Source: Alphaproteobacteria bacterium
Lineage (GTDB): Bacteria > Pseudomonadota > Alphaproteobacteria > MPNO01
Reading direction: 5' to 3'
NCBI GenBank assembly: GCA_964291675.2
Contig: OZ219866.1
Location: 128,001 to 192,000, forward strand
Length of the DNA stretch: 64,000 nt
In this document: positions 51,809-61,258 of the stretch, piece after piece
Numbering within the stretch: position 1 is the first letter of the stretch
How the letters are laid out: each line of letters begins with the position of its first letter
Notes under the pieces: generated by a model
Database searches by the model: none
Seen by the model: the letters and a program-made list of their open reading frames with translations, nothing else
What the model was told of the DNA's origin: nothing
Position numbers and translations under genes: made by a program

Positions 51809-53857
51809 ATGCCGCCTCCCCCGCTCTCGCGCCTGTTCGATCCGCGTTCCATTGCCGTGGTCGGAGCGTCGGCGAACGAGGACAAGCCGGGGTTCCAGAT
51901 CCTGCGCGCCCTCGCCCCTTTCCGCGGCGCGGTGCATGCGGTCAATCCGCGCGGCGGCACCATCCTCGGCAACACGGTCTATCGGAGCATCGCCGCGGTG
52001 CCCGGGCCGGTCGACCTGGTGGCCCTGGTGCTCCCGGCGGAACCCTCGCCCGGCGTGCTGCGCGAGGCCGCGGAGATCGGCGCCGGCGCCGCCTTCATGG
52101 TGAGCGGCGGGTTCGGCGAGACCGGCGCCGAGGGCGCCGCGCTCGAGAGCGAGACCGCGCGCGTCTGCCGCGAGGGCGGGATCCGGCTTCTCGGGCCCAA
52201 CACGTCGGGTTTCCTGCGCCCCTCGCGCGGGCTCGCCTGCACCTTCCTGCCGGCGGCGAGCGAGATCCGCGCGGGGCCGATCGGCATCGTCGCCCAGTCG
52301 GGCGGCATCAACCTCACCCTGGCGATGATGGCCGACGCGGCCGGGCTCGGGGTCAGCCTTGCCGTGGGGCTCGGCAACGCGGCCGATGTCGGGCTGGCGG
52401 AGACGCTGGGCTACGCGGCCGCCGACCCGGAAACGCGGGCGATCGTCCTCCATGTCGAAGGGGTGGAGCAGGGCCGCGCCCTGTTCGACGCGGTCAGGCA
52501 AACGGTCCCGATCAAGCCAGTGGTCGCGCTCCCGGTCGGCAAGGCGGATCTCGGCGACTTCGCCCAATCCCATACCGGCGCGCTGATGGGGAGCTGGCGC
52601 CTCACCCGGTCGGCGCTCCGCCAGGCCGGCGCGGTCGTGGTCGAGACCCTCGACGACGCGCTGGACGCGGCCCACGCGCTGTCGCTCGCCAGGCTCCGCC
52701 CGGCGCGCGACCCGGGCGTCGGCGTGCTGACCGGACAGGCGGGGCCCGGGCTGCTGATGACCGACACGCTGAGGCAGGCGGGGGTCCCTGTGCCCGGGAT
52801 CGCGCCGGCGACCCTGGCGCGGATCGAAGCCGCGCTGCCCCCGCTCACCTACATGAGGAACCCGGTCGATACCGGGCGTCCCGGCAAATCCTTCGGGACC
52901 GTGCTCGACGCGCTCGCGGCCGACGACGCCGTCGATGCCGTCCTCGCCTACGCGCTGATCGAGGGCGGCGCGCTCGACATGGGCGGGGCCGTGGCTCGCG
53001 CCGCCGGGGCTGCGCAAAAGCCGGTGCTGTTCGCCACCCAGGGCGTGCCCGCCGAGACGGCGCCGCTGACCGCCCGGCTGCGCGCCGCCGGCATCCCGGT
53101 CTTCCTCGCGCCCGACCGGGCCGCCCGCGCGATGGCCGCGCTGGTCGCCGATGCGCGCGCCCGGGCCGAACCGTTCGAGGGCGCCGCCGCGCCCCACGCC
53201 GCCGACGGGGCGAGGCCGCCGCTCGCCTTCCCGATCGGCGAGGACGCGGCGAAAGCGCTCGTCGCCACCTACGGCATCCCGACGCCGCGGCGGCGCGCCT
53301 GCCGCGGCCGCGCCGAGGCCGAGGCGGCGCGGGCGGCGATGGAGGCGCCGGTGGTGGCCAAGACGCTCGACCCCGCGATCCTTCACAAATCGGATGTCGG
53401 CGGCGTCCATCTCGGGATCGACACCGCCGAGGCGCTGGAGCTCGCGCTGGATGCCATCGACCGGGTCTCGGATGCCGGCTACCTGATCGAGGCGATGGCG
53501 CCGGACGGGCTCGACCTCATCCTCGGCGCGCGCAACGATGCGAGCTTCGGCCCGACGGTGCTGCTCGGCCTCGGCGGCATCGCGGCCGAGGCCGTGGACG
53601 ACGTCGCGGTGGCGCTCGCCCCGCTCGGCCCGGGCGAGGTCGACCGGATGATCGACTCGCTCGCCGGGAGCGCGCTGTTCGGCCCCTGGCGCGGCGCCCC
53701 CGCGCCGGACCGGGCGGCGATACGCGACGCCGCGATCGCGCTCTCGCGCCTGATCGCCGAACACCCGGAGATCGAAGAGATCGACCTCAACCCCGTCCGG
53801 GTGTTCCCGCAGGGCCTGCTCGCGCTCGATGCATTGATCGTGCCGCGGCGGGATTAG
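51809..53857 (+). CDS. ADP-forming acyl-CoA synthetase (acetate-CoA ligase family, ATP-grasp)
   Basis: SIAVVGAS, LGPNT, QSGG, SHTGAL, NPVD, HKSDVGGV, DLNPV. Confidence 0.88.
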   Translation: MPPPPLSRLFDPRSIAVVGASANEDKPGFQILRALAPFRGAVHAVNPRGGTILGNTVYRSIAAVPGPVDLVALVLPAEPSPGVLREAAEIGAGAAFMVSGGFGETGAEGAALESETARVCREGGIRLLGPNTSGFLRPSRGLACTFLPAASEIRAGPIGIVAQSGGINLTLAMMADAAGLGVSLAVGLGNAADVGLAETLGYAAADPETRAIVLHVEGVEQGRALFDAVRQTVPIKPVVALPVGKADLGDFAQSHTGALMGSWRLTRSALRQAGAVVVETLDDALDAAHALSLARLRPARDPGVGVLTGQAGPGLLMTDTLRQAGVPVPGIAPATLARIEAALPPLTYMRNPVDTGRPGKSFGTVLDALAADDAVDAVLAYALIEGGALDMGGAVARAAGAAQKPVLFATQGVPAETAPLTARLRAAGIPVFLAPDRAARAMAALVADARARAEPFEGAAAPHAADGARPPLAFPIGEDAAKALVATYGIPTPRRRACRGRAEAEAARAAMEAPVVAKTLDPAILHKSDVGGVHLGIDTAEALELALDAIDRVSDAGYLIEAMAPDGLDLILGARNDASFGPTVLLGLGGIAAEAVDDVAVALAPLGPGEVDRMIDSLAGSALFGPWRGAPAPDRAAIRDAAIALSRLIAEHPEIEEIDLNPVRVFPQGLLALDALIVPRRD

Positions 53858-53928
53858 CCCCGCGATTCGCGAAATAGCGTGCCGTCGGACCTGCGAAGTT
53901 TCATCCGCCCCGGCTTTCCTCCCACGCC

Positions 53929-54020
53929 GTCATGCCCGGACTTGTTCTGGGTATCTCTCCCGACCGATTGCCTTGCGGCTGCCGGGCGGCGTGGACGACC
54001 GGAACCAGTCGGGCCATGAC
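53929..54020. repeat. Alphaproteobacterial REP-like palindrome (GTCATG...CATGAC)
   Basis: GTCATGCCCGGACTTGTTCTGGGTATC...CCGGAACCAGTCGGGCCATGAC. Confidence 0.6.
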
Positions 54021-54071
54021 GCGGTGCGAACGGGGCACGAAAGCGCACGAATTTCGGAACCAAGCGACTAA

Positions 54072-54749
54072 TCACACGGTCGGCAACTCTCCGCCTAGTT
54101 GTCTGATCTTGCTTTCGATTTTGTCGATCTCCGGTTGCTGCTCGTCATCTGGAATACTGTCCCCGCGCAACAAGAATAGAGCTTCCAAATACGCGTCGCA
54201 GGCCCTCTTTTTCTGTCCCTTGAATTCTAGTTTCTCTGCGCGTTCAATCTCGATGTTCAGCCGTAGGGTATCCAGTTCCTTCCTGACTTTGGTCTCTGCT
54301 GCAGCCAAGTCCCTGGTAAAGGCAACTTCCGAATAGATAGAACTGATGTTTTCCAGCAGCTTGCTGTAGCCGCGAGTTTTCGCAGCGGGAGTTGTCGCTG
54401 CGTCCGACTTAGCGCGCGCCGCCGACATCTCGCGGTCAATCCAGTTCAGCACGCCAGATCGACGGGCAGCCTCGATGTCTTCGATCAATGCGCTAGGTGC
54501 TGGATCCGTCGTTCGGATTCCCTTCCCTTCATATTTCAAGAGTTGGCGGCATCCATTCTCTGCGACGCTCAACCTGGACAACATGGTGTCGAGTTTCTTG
54601 GTCGCGGACGCAATGTCCAAGCTTTGGTTGACCACACGGGTCGCTGAGGAAACTTCGGAAGCAACGGCCACGGCGCATGGTTCGCACAATCCGTCGCGGG
54701 TGGTCTTCAGGAACCATCCAGAATCATTGCACAGTAAGCACTTGGCCAT
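54072..54749 (-). CDS. Hypothetical protein with N-terminal CxxC...CxxC Zn finger
   Basis: GAGGAGG RBS; MAKCLLCNDSGWFLKTTRDGLCEPC; lower GC than neighbours. Confidence 0.65.
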   Translation of the reverse strand: MAKCLLCNDSGWFLKTTRDGLCEPCAVAVASEVSSATRVVNQSLDIASATKKLDTMLSRLSVAENGCRQLLKYEGKGIRTTDPAPSALIEDIEAARRSGVLNWIDREMSAARAKSDAATTPAAKTRGYSKLLENISSIYSEVAFTRDLAAAETKVRKELDTLRLNIEIERAEKLEFKGQKKRACDAYLEALFLLRGDSIPDDEQQPEIDKIESKIRQLGGELPTV

Positions 54750-55015
54750 TTTCCGCCTCCTCGTTCTCAACGGCCGCGCACATCGCATAATCTAACCGAA
54801 TGATGTCATGCCAGCGAGTGCTATGTGTGTCCAGTGTTCCGCTTTGTGTTTCAACCGGAGATTCTGGCGTGCGGACCCGATCAGGGATACCTGATCGGCC
54901 GTGTCGTCTTTTCATGGGTCGTGACAGAATGTTCACTGGGCGGGCAAGCTAGTCCGGCCCCGCCAAACCGGCTATCTTCCGGACAAACCGCGATTCACGC
55001 GGGCGGAGACGCACC

Positions 55016-57187
55016 ATGGAACGAAGCTTCGCCAAGGAAGTCGAGCTTCTGCGCCGGGGCGACGGCGAGCATTTCGAGGGCGAGGGCATCCTCGCGATCA
55101 CCAAGGCGCTGCTGCAATCGGGGGTGAGCTATGTCGGCGGCTACCAGGGCGCGCCGGTCTCCCACCTGATGGACGTGCTGACCTCGGACTCGAAGGGGCT
55201 GATGGCCGAGCTCGGCGTCCATACCGAGGTCTGCGCCAACGAGGCCGCGGCGGCGGCGATGCTGGCGGCCTCGATCAACTACCCGATCCGCGGCGCGGTC
55301 ACCTGGAAGTCGACGGTGGGCACCAACGTGGCCGCCGACGCGCTGTCCAACGTGGCGTCGGCCGGCGTCGTCGGCGGCGCGCTGATCATCCTCGGCGAGG
55401 ATTACGGCGAGGGCGCCAGCATCATCCAGGAGCGCACCCACGCCTTCGCCATGAAGTGCTCGGCCTGGCTGATGGACCCGCGCCCGCACCACCCGCGCAT
55501 GGTGGAGCTGATCGAGAAGGGGTTCGAGCTGTCCGAAGCCTCGCACACGCCGGTGATGGTCGAGTTCCGCATCCGCGCCTGCCACGTGACGGGGCGCTTT
55601 GCGACCAGCGACAACCGGCCCGGAAAATTCTCGACCAACGACAAGCTGGAGAAGCCGGTCTTCGACCTCGGGCGCATCGCGCTGCCGCCGGCGACCTACG
55701 AGCAGGAGAAGAAGAAGGTCGAGGAGCGCTTCCCGGCGGCGATCGACTTCATCCGCGAGCACAGGCTCAACGAGGTCTTCCCCGGCAAGCACGACGATGT
55801 CGGCATCGTCTGCCTCGGCGGTCTCTACAACTCGGTGATCCGCGGGCTCCAGCAGCTCGGCCTCGCCGACGTGTTCGGCAATTCCGACATTCCGATCCTC
55901 TGCCTCAACGTCACCTACCCGCTGGTGGACGACGAGATCGCCGCGTTCTGCGCCACCAAGCGGTCGGTGCTGATCGTCGAGGAGGGGTTCCCGGAGTACC
56001 ACGAGCAGGCGATCAACGCGCTCCTGCGCAAGGCCGACCTCAACACCGAGATCGTCGGCAAGGGGGTGTTCCCCAGGGCCGGCGAGTACCAGGCCGAGGT
56101 GATGCTGCGCGGGCTCGCCGGGTTCGTCGAGGGCTCGGTGCCGAAGGGGGTGGATCTGGCGCCGGTCTCGGCCGCGGTCGCCGCGATCGACAGGACCAAG
56201 GAGAAGGCGGCCGAGATGCTGGGCGGGCCGGTGCCCAAGCGGCCGCCCGGTTTCTGCACCGGCTGCCCCGAGCGCCCGGTGTTCAGCGCGATCAAGCTGG
56301 TGCAGCGCGAGGAGGATATCGGCGAGGTCCACATCTCGGCCGATATCGGCTGCCACACCTTCGCCGCCCTGCCGCCCTTCGGGCTCGGCAACACGGTCAC
56401 CGGCTACGGGCTCGGGCTGGCGAGCTCGGCCGGGGTGGCGCCGCATTTCAACGGGCGCACGATCTCGATCATGGGCGATGGCGGGTTCTGGCATAACGGG
56501 CTGTCTTCGGGGATCAGCGGGGCGGCCTATAACGACCACGACTCGGTGCTGGTCATCATGGCCAACGGCTACTCCTCGGCCACCGGCCAGCAGCATTTGC
56601 CGTCGACCACCGCCGGCGGCAACGTGCCCAACGACACCGTCATGCCGATCGAGCGCGCCATCAAGGGGCTCGGCGTCAAGTGGGTGCGCAAGCAGTACAC
56701 CTACCGGGTCGGCAAGATGAAGCGGCTGCTGCACGAGGCGCTGACCACGCCGGAGAAGGGGCTGAAGGTGATCATCGCCGAGGCCGAGTGCCAGATCGCC
56801 AAGCAGCGCCGCCTGCGCCCGCTGATGCGCAAGGCGCTCGATGCCGGCAAGCGGGTGGTGCGCACCCGGTTCGGCGTCGACGAGGAGACCTGCACGGGCG
56901 ATCACTCCTGCATCCGGCTCTCGGGCTGTCCCTCGCTCACCGTCAAGTCCAACCCGGACCCGCTGCGCAAGGACCCGGTGGCGCATGTCAACAACGGCTG
57001 CGTCGGCTGCGGGCTGTGCGGCGAGGTGGCGGACGCGGCGGTGCTCTGCCCGTCCTTCTACAAGGCGGACATCATCCAGAACCCGAGCGGCACCGACCTG
57101 TTCCTCGAAAAATGGCGGGGCGCCGTCATCGGCCGGCTCGGGGGCTACGCCAACGGGGCGGCGAAGGGCAACGGAGCCGCGGCATGA
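55016..57187 (+). CDS. iorA: Indolepyruvate ferredoxin oxidoreductase alpha subunit
   Basis: GYQGAPVS, FCTGCPER, DIGC, GDGGFWHNG, C-terminal ferredoxin CVGCGLCGE. Confidence 0.9.
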   Translation: MERSFAKEVELLRRGDGEHFEGEGILAITKALLQSGVSYVGGYQGAPVSHLMDVLTSDSKGLMAELGVHTEVCANEAAAAAMLAASINYPIRGAVTWKSTVGTNVAADALSNVASAGVVGGALIILGEDYGEGASIIQERTHAFAMKCSAWLMDPRPHHPRMVELIEKGFELSEASHTPVMVEFRIRACHVTGRFATSDNRPGKFSTNDKLEKPVFDLGRIALPPATYEQEKKKVEERFPAAIDFIREHRLNEVFPGKHDDVGIVCLGGLYNSVIRGLQQLGLADVFGNSDIPILCLNVTYPLVDDEIAAFCATKRSVLIVEEGFPEYHEQAINALLRKADLNTEIVGKGVFPRAGEYQAEVMLRGLAGFVEGSVPKGVDLAPVSAAVAAIDRTKEKAAEMLGGPVPKRPPGFCTGCPERPVFSAIKLVQREEDIGEVHISADIGCHTFAALPPFGLGNTVTGYGLGLASSAGVAPHFNGRTISIMGDGGFWHNGLSSGISGAAYNDHDSVLVIMANGYSSATGQQHLPSTTAGGNVPNDTVMPIERAIKGLGVKWVRKQYTYRVGKMKRLLHEALTTPEKGLKVIIAEAECQIAKQRRLRPLMRKALDAGKRVVRTRFGVDEETCTGDHSCIRLSGCPSLTVKSNPDPLRKDPVAHVNNGCVGCGLCGEVADAAVLCPSFYKADIIQNPSGTDLFLEKWRGAVIGRLGGYANGAAKGNGAAA

Positions 57188-58749
57188 GCGGCGCGACGAA
57201 CGGCGCCGACGCGCTTCCCGAGCGCACCTTCGCCTTGGTGGTCGGCGCGCTCGGCGGCGAGGGCGGCGGCGTGCTGACGAGCTGGATCGTGGCGGCGGCG
57301 GAATCGCTCGGCTACCCGGTGCAGAGCACCTCGATCCCGGGCGTGGCGCAGCGCACCGGCGCCACCACCTACTACATCGAGTTCTACCCGGCCCATCGCG
57401 ACCGGCTCGGCGGGCGCTCGCCGACCATGGCGCTCTATGCGACGCCCGGCAACATGGATGTGGTGGTCACCTCGGAGCTGATGGAGGCCGGGCGCGCGCT
57501 CGAGCTCGGCTGGGTGACGCCCGACCGGACCACGCTGATCTCGTCCTCCCACCGGATCTATTCGATCTTCGAGAAATCGGCGATGGGGGACGGGCGGGTC
57601 GAGGTCGGGGACCTGGTCAAGACCGCGAACCATCTCGCCAAGCGGCCCATCCTGATCGACATGGACCGCCTCGCCCAGGCCAACGGGGCGGCGATCAACG
57701 CGGTCATTCTCGGCGTCATGGCGGGCTCGGGCGAGCTGCCGATCCCGGCCGAGGCGTTCGAGCGGGCGATCGAGAAGACCGGCGTCGCGGTCGGCGCCAA
57801 TCTGCGCGGCTTCAAGGCGGGGCTCGACCATGTGCGGGGCGACGCCCCGATGCCGGAGGCGGAGCAGCCGGCGGAGCGCCCGGCGCCGCGCAATGTCGAG
57901 GCGCTGCTGGCGCGGGTCGAGCAGGCCTTCCCGCCCGAGACCCGCCAGATGCTGTCGGACGGGGTGCGCCGCGCGGTGGACTACCAGAACCTCGCCTATG
58001 GCGCGCGCTATCTCGACAATGCCGCGAAGATCCTCGCCGCCGACAAGGCCAGTGGCGGGGCCGACAGGGGGTTCAGGCTGACCGTCGAGGGCGGGCGGTA
58101 TCTCGCGCTCTGGATGTGTTTCGAGGACATCATCCGGGTCGCCCAGCTGAAGAGCCGGCCCGAACGCATGGCGCGCGTCCGCCGCGAGGTCGGCGCCAAG
58201 GACGGCGAGCCGGTGGTCGTCACCGAGTTCCTCAAGCCGGGCTATGACGAGATCGCCTCGGTGCTGCCGCCCATGCTCGGCCGCGCGCTCACGCGGTGGA
58301 AGGAGAGGAAGCCGGGGCGGCAGAAATTCCACGTCGCCATGCGGGTCAGGACCAACACGGTGTTCGGCTATGTCCGGCTCCGGGCGCTGGCGAAGCTCCG
58401 CTTCTGGCGGCCTTACAGCTACCGCTTCGCCGAGGAGTGGTCGGAGATCGCGGCCTGGCTCGCGGCGCTGGAAGGCGCGGCGGCGAGGAGCTACGAATTG
58501 GCGCTCGAGATCGCCGAACTCCCCAACCTGCGCAAGGGCTATTCCGACACCCACCGGCGCGGCGTCGCCAACTACCGCGAGGTGTTCGAGCGGCTCGCCC
58601 GCCCGGCGGCCGGAGCGAGCGGCGATGCCGCCCAGGCGGTGGCCGCGCTGAGTGCCGCGCGCAGCGCAGCGCTCGCCGACCCCGACGGCGACGCGCTCCG
58701 CACCGTGCTCGTCGCCCCGCCCGGCGAACAGGCACAGGCGGCGGAGTAG
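57184..58749 (+). CDS. iorB: Indolepyruvate oxidoreductase beta family protein with C-terminal extension
   Basis: GALGGEGGGVL, SIPGVAQRTGAT; ATGA overlap with iorA. Confidence 0.85.
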   Translation: MSGATNGADALPERTFALVVGALGGEGGGVLTSWIVAAAESLGYPVQSTSIPGVAQRTGATTYYIEFYPAHRDRLGGRSPTMALYATPGNMDVVVTSELMEAGRALELGWVTPDRTTLISSSHRIYSIFEKSAMGDGRVEVGDLVKTANHLAKRPILIDMDRLAQANGAAINAVILGVMAGSGELPIPAEAFERAIEKTGVAVGANLRGFKAGLDHVRGDAPMPEAEQPAERPAPRNVEALLARVEQAFPPETRQMLSDGVRRAVDYQNLAYGARYLDNAAKILAADKASGGADRGFRLTVEGGRYLALWMCFEDIIRVAQLKSRPERMARVRREVGAKDGEPVVVTEFLKPGYDEIASVLPPMLGRALTRWKERKPGRQKFHVAMRVRTNTVFGYVRLRALAKLRFWRPYSYRFAEEWSEIAAWLAALEGAAARSYELALEIAELPNLRKGYSDTHRRGVANYREVFERLARPAAGASGDAAQAVAALSAARSAALADPDGDALRTVLVAPPGEQAQAAE

Positions 58750-58865
58750 GGGTTCCCCCGCCACGGTCGTCCGGCCGGGCAGCGCGGCCTGGCGGGGTTG
58801 CGCTGTGCGCGCTTGCCGTCATATTGGCAAATTGCATTCATCGAAAGCACGATGGGTATTCGACC

Positions 58866-59117
58866 ATGGCCATGCTGACCGTCCGCAACCTGCCGGACGA
58901 GGTGCATCGCGCCCTGCGCGTTCGGGCCGCCCTGAGGGGCCGCAGCATCGAGGCGGAGGTGCGCGCCATCCTGGCGGAAACGGTGCTGCCGGAAGGGCGG
59001 GCCCAGCTGGGGACGCTGTTGACCGCAATCGGCCGGCGCGCCGGGTTGACGGAGGACGAGTTCGCAAGCCTTGGGCAACGCGATACCGCTCCGGCCCGGC
59101 CGATCGATCTCGAATGA
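58866..59117 (+). CDS. FitA-like ribbon-helix-helix antitoxin (plasmid stability protein)
   Basis: LTVRNLPDEVHRALRVRAALRGRSIEAEVRAIL; imperfect palindrome TGCATTC-N3-GAAAGCA upstream (58833-58849). Confidence 0.85.
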   Translation: MAMLTVRNLPDEVHRALRVRAALRGRSIEAEVRAILAETVLPEGRAQLGTLLTAIGRRAGLTEDEFASLGQRDTAPARPIDLE

Positions 59118-59169
59118 TTCTGCTGGATCGGTTCGAGGCGGCGGGATTCGTCGATCGTGGACCGCGTAG
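59114..59169 (+). pseudogene. Internally deleted FitB/VapC PIN toxin
   Basis: ATGA-coupled MILLD joined directly to RFEAAG, then (with one base restored) VDPWTA*. Confidence 0.7.
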
Positions 59170-59207
59170 GCGCGCCGGCGCCGCATCGACAGACGCCGCG
59201 GTTCCCC

Positions 59208-60323
59208 CTACGCCTCGCCCCACACCTCGCGCGCGAGGTCGATCACCAGCGACAGCTTGGCGGCCTGGTCCTCGACCGCGATCAGGTTGCCGAGGTCGAC
59301 GCTGGCGAAGCCGCATTGCGGGCTCAGGCCCAGCCGGTCGAGGGAGACGTATTGCGCGGCCTCGTCGATCCGGCGCCTGAGCGCGTCGCGGTCCTCCATC
59401 TCGCCGCGCTTGGTGGTCACCAGGCCGAGCACCACGCAGCCGTCGTCGGGCATGAAGCGCAGCGGCTCGAACCCGCCCGAGCGCACATCGTCGTATTCGA
59501 GGAACCAGGCATCGACGCCCACCACCGGGAACAGGGCCTCGGCCAGCGGCTCGTAGCCGCCCTCGGCGATCCAGGCGCTCTGCGCGTTGCCGCGGCAGAG
59601 ATGGATGGTGAGGTAGGTCTCGGGGTTGCGCCCGGAGATGCAGTCGTTCAGCAGGCGCGCGTATCTGTGGATCAGCGTATCCGGGTCCTCGCCGATGGCC
59701 CTCAGGTTCTCGCGCATCCTGGTGTCGACGAAATAGTTGATGACCGGATCGTCGATCTGGATATAGCGGCAGCCGAGCGCTTCCAGCGCGGCGATCTCCT
59801 CGCGCCAGACCCGGGCGAGGTCGTCCCAGAACGCGTCCTTGTCGGGATAGGCCGCACCGTCGACCGAGGCGTCGCCGCCGTGGAAATGAACCCGCGTGGG
59901 CGAGGGGATGGTCACCTTGGCGGTCTTCGCGGTCTTCCCGTCGAGATACGCGAAGTCGGCGGCCAGGATGTCGCCCTTCCGGCCGAGCCTTCCCGCCGTC
60001 CGCACGTTCTTCGGCACGTAGCCCGACGCTGTGCCCGGCGCCTTCTGGAACCCCGCCGCCTCGTCCGGGCTCGAAATCTCGATCCCCTCGATCGCCGAGA
60101 TGAAGTCGATCCACCAGTTCTCGCGCCGGAACTCGCCGTCGGTGACGGATTCGAGCCCGATATCCTCCTGCAGCCGGACCGCATCGGCGATCGCCGCGTC
60201 CTCGACCTCGCGTAGCGCCGCCGCGCTGATTGCGCCCGACTTCCACGACGCGCGGGCCTCCAGCAGCTCCGGCGGGCGCAGCAGGCTGCCCACGTGGTCG
60301 GCACGGAACAGCGGTTTCTTCAT
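59208..60323 (-). CDS. Cobalamin-independent methionine synthase II family protein (MetE C-terminal-like)
   Basis: ADHVGSLLRP, TDGEFRR, HLCRGN, LEYDD, SPQCGF. Confidence 0.88.
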   Translation of the reverse strand: MKKPLFRADHVGSLLRPPELLEARASWKSGAISAAALREVEDAAIADAVRLQEDIGLESVTDGEFRRENWWIDFISAIEGIEISSPDEAAGFQKAPGTASGYVPKNVRTAGRLGRKGDILAADFAYLDGKTAKTAKVTIPSPTRVHFHGGDASVDGAAYPDKDAFWDDLARVWREEIAALEALGCRYIQIDDPVINYFVDTRMRENLRAIGEDPDTLIHRYARLLNDCISGRNPETYLTIHLCRGNAQSAWIAEGGYEPLAEALFPVVGVDAWFLEYDDVRSGGFEPLRFMPDDGCVVLGLVTTKRGEMEDRDALRRRIDEAAQYVSLDRLGLSPQCGFASVDLGNLIAVEDQAAKLSLVIDLAREVWGEA

Positions 60324-60429
60324 CGACACGCCCTCCCCTCTCGCCGGCGCGTTGACTCGCCCCCGGCCACGCCGAACTATGTACCCCGTTCCCGGTGGTG
60401 CGTCACGACCGGGCCGGCCAGGGGGGGTC

Positions 60430-61248
60430 ATGCGGATCGAGGACTATCCGGCGCAGGAGCCGTTGAGCGAGGCGGGCCAGGCCTTCGCCGACGAGGTCAT
60501 GGCAAGGGGCTCGGGCGTGGCGGCGCTCGACATCCAGTACGGCGCCGATCCCTACCAGTCGATCGCCATCCAGACCCCGGCCGAACCGAACGGTACGGTA
60601 CTCGCCATGATGCATGGCGGCGGCTGGACCTCGGGCTACAAGGAACATCTCAACTTCGCCGGGCCGTGCGCCACCGCGCACGGCGCGATCTACGCCAGCA
60701 TCGGCTACCGCCTCGCGCCGCGGCATCTGTTTCCCGCCGGGCTGGAGGACGCCGCCGACGCAATCGCCTGGCTGCATGACAACGTCGCCGGGATCGGCGG
60801 CGATCCCGGGCGCATCTTCCTCGGCGGGCATTCGGCGGGCGGGCACTACGCGGCGCTGCTCGCGGTGACGACGGGCTGGCAGGCGCCGCGCGGGCTGCCG
60901 CCCGACGCGATCCGGGGCTGCCTGCCGATCTCCGGCGTCTATCGCTTCGGCGAGGGCAGCGGGCTTTCCGGGCGGCCGCGCTTCCTGGGGCCCGAGTCGA
61001 ACGACCGCCCGGCGAGCCCGGTGCTCAATATCGAGGCGCCCCGCCCCTTCCTCATCGCCCATGGCGGCGAGGACTTCCCGCATCTGATGGTCCAGGCGGA
61101 AGAGATGGAGCGCGCGCTCGGCGCGGCGGGCGGCGACGTGGCGCGCATCGAGATGCCGGCGCGCAACCACTTCTCCGCCTGCTACGCCGCCGGCGAGGCG
61201 GACGGCCCCTGGGCCGGCGCCGCGCTCGACTGGATCGCGGCGCGCTGA
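60430..61248 (+). CDS. Alpha/beta hydrolase (HSL/arylformamidase-like)
   Basis: HGGGW, YRLAP, GHSAGG, NHF. Confidence 0.85.
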   Translation: MRIEDYPAQEPLSEAGQAFADEVMARGSGVAALDIQYGADPYQSIAIQTPAEPNGTVLAMMHGGGWTSGYKEHLNFAGPCATAHGAIYASIGYRLAPRHLFPAGLEDAADAIAWLHDNVAGIGGDPGRIFLGGHSAGGHYAALLAVTTGWQAPRGLPPDAIRGCLPISGVYRFGEGSGLSGRPRFLGPESNDRPASPVLNIEAPRPFLIAHGGEDFPHLMVQAEEMERALGAAGGDVARIEMPARNHFSACYAAGEADGPWAGAALDWIAAR

Positions 61249-61258
61249 TCGCCGCGCC

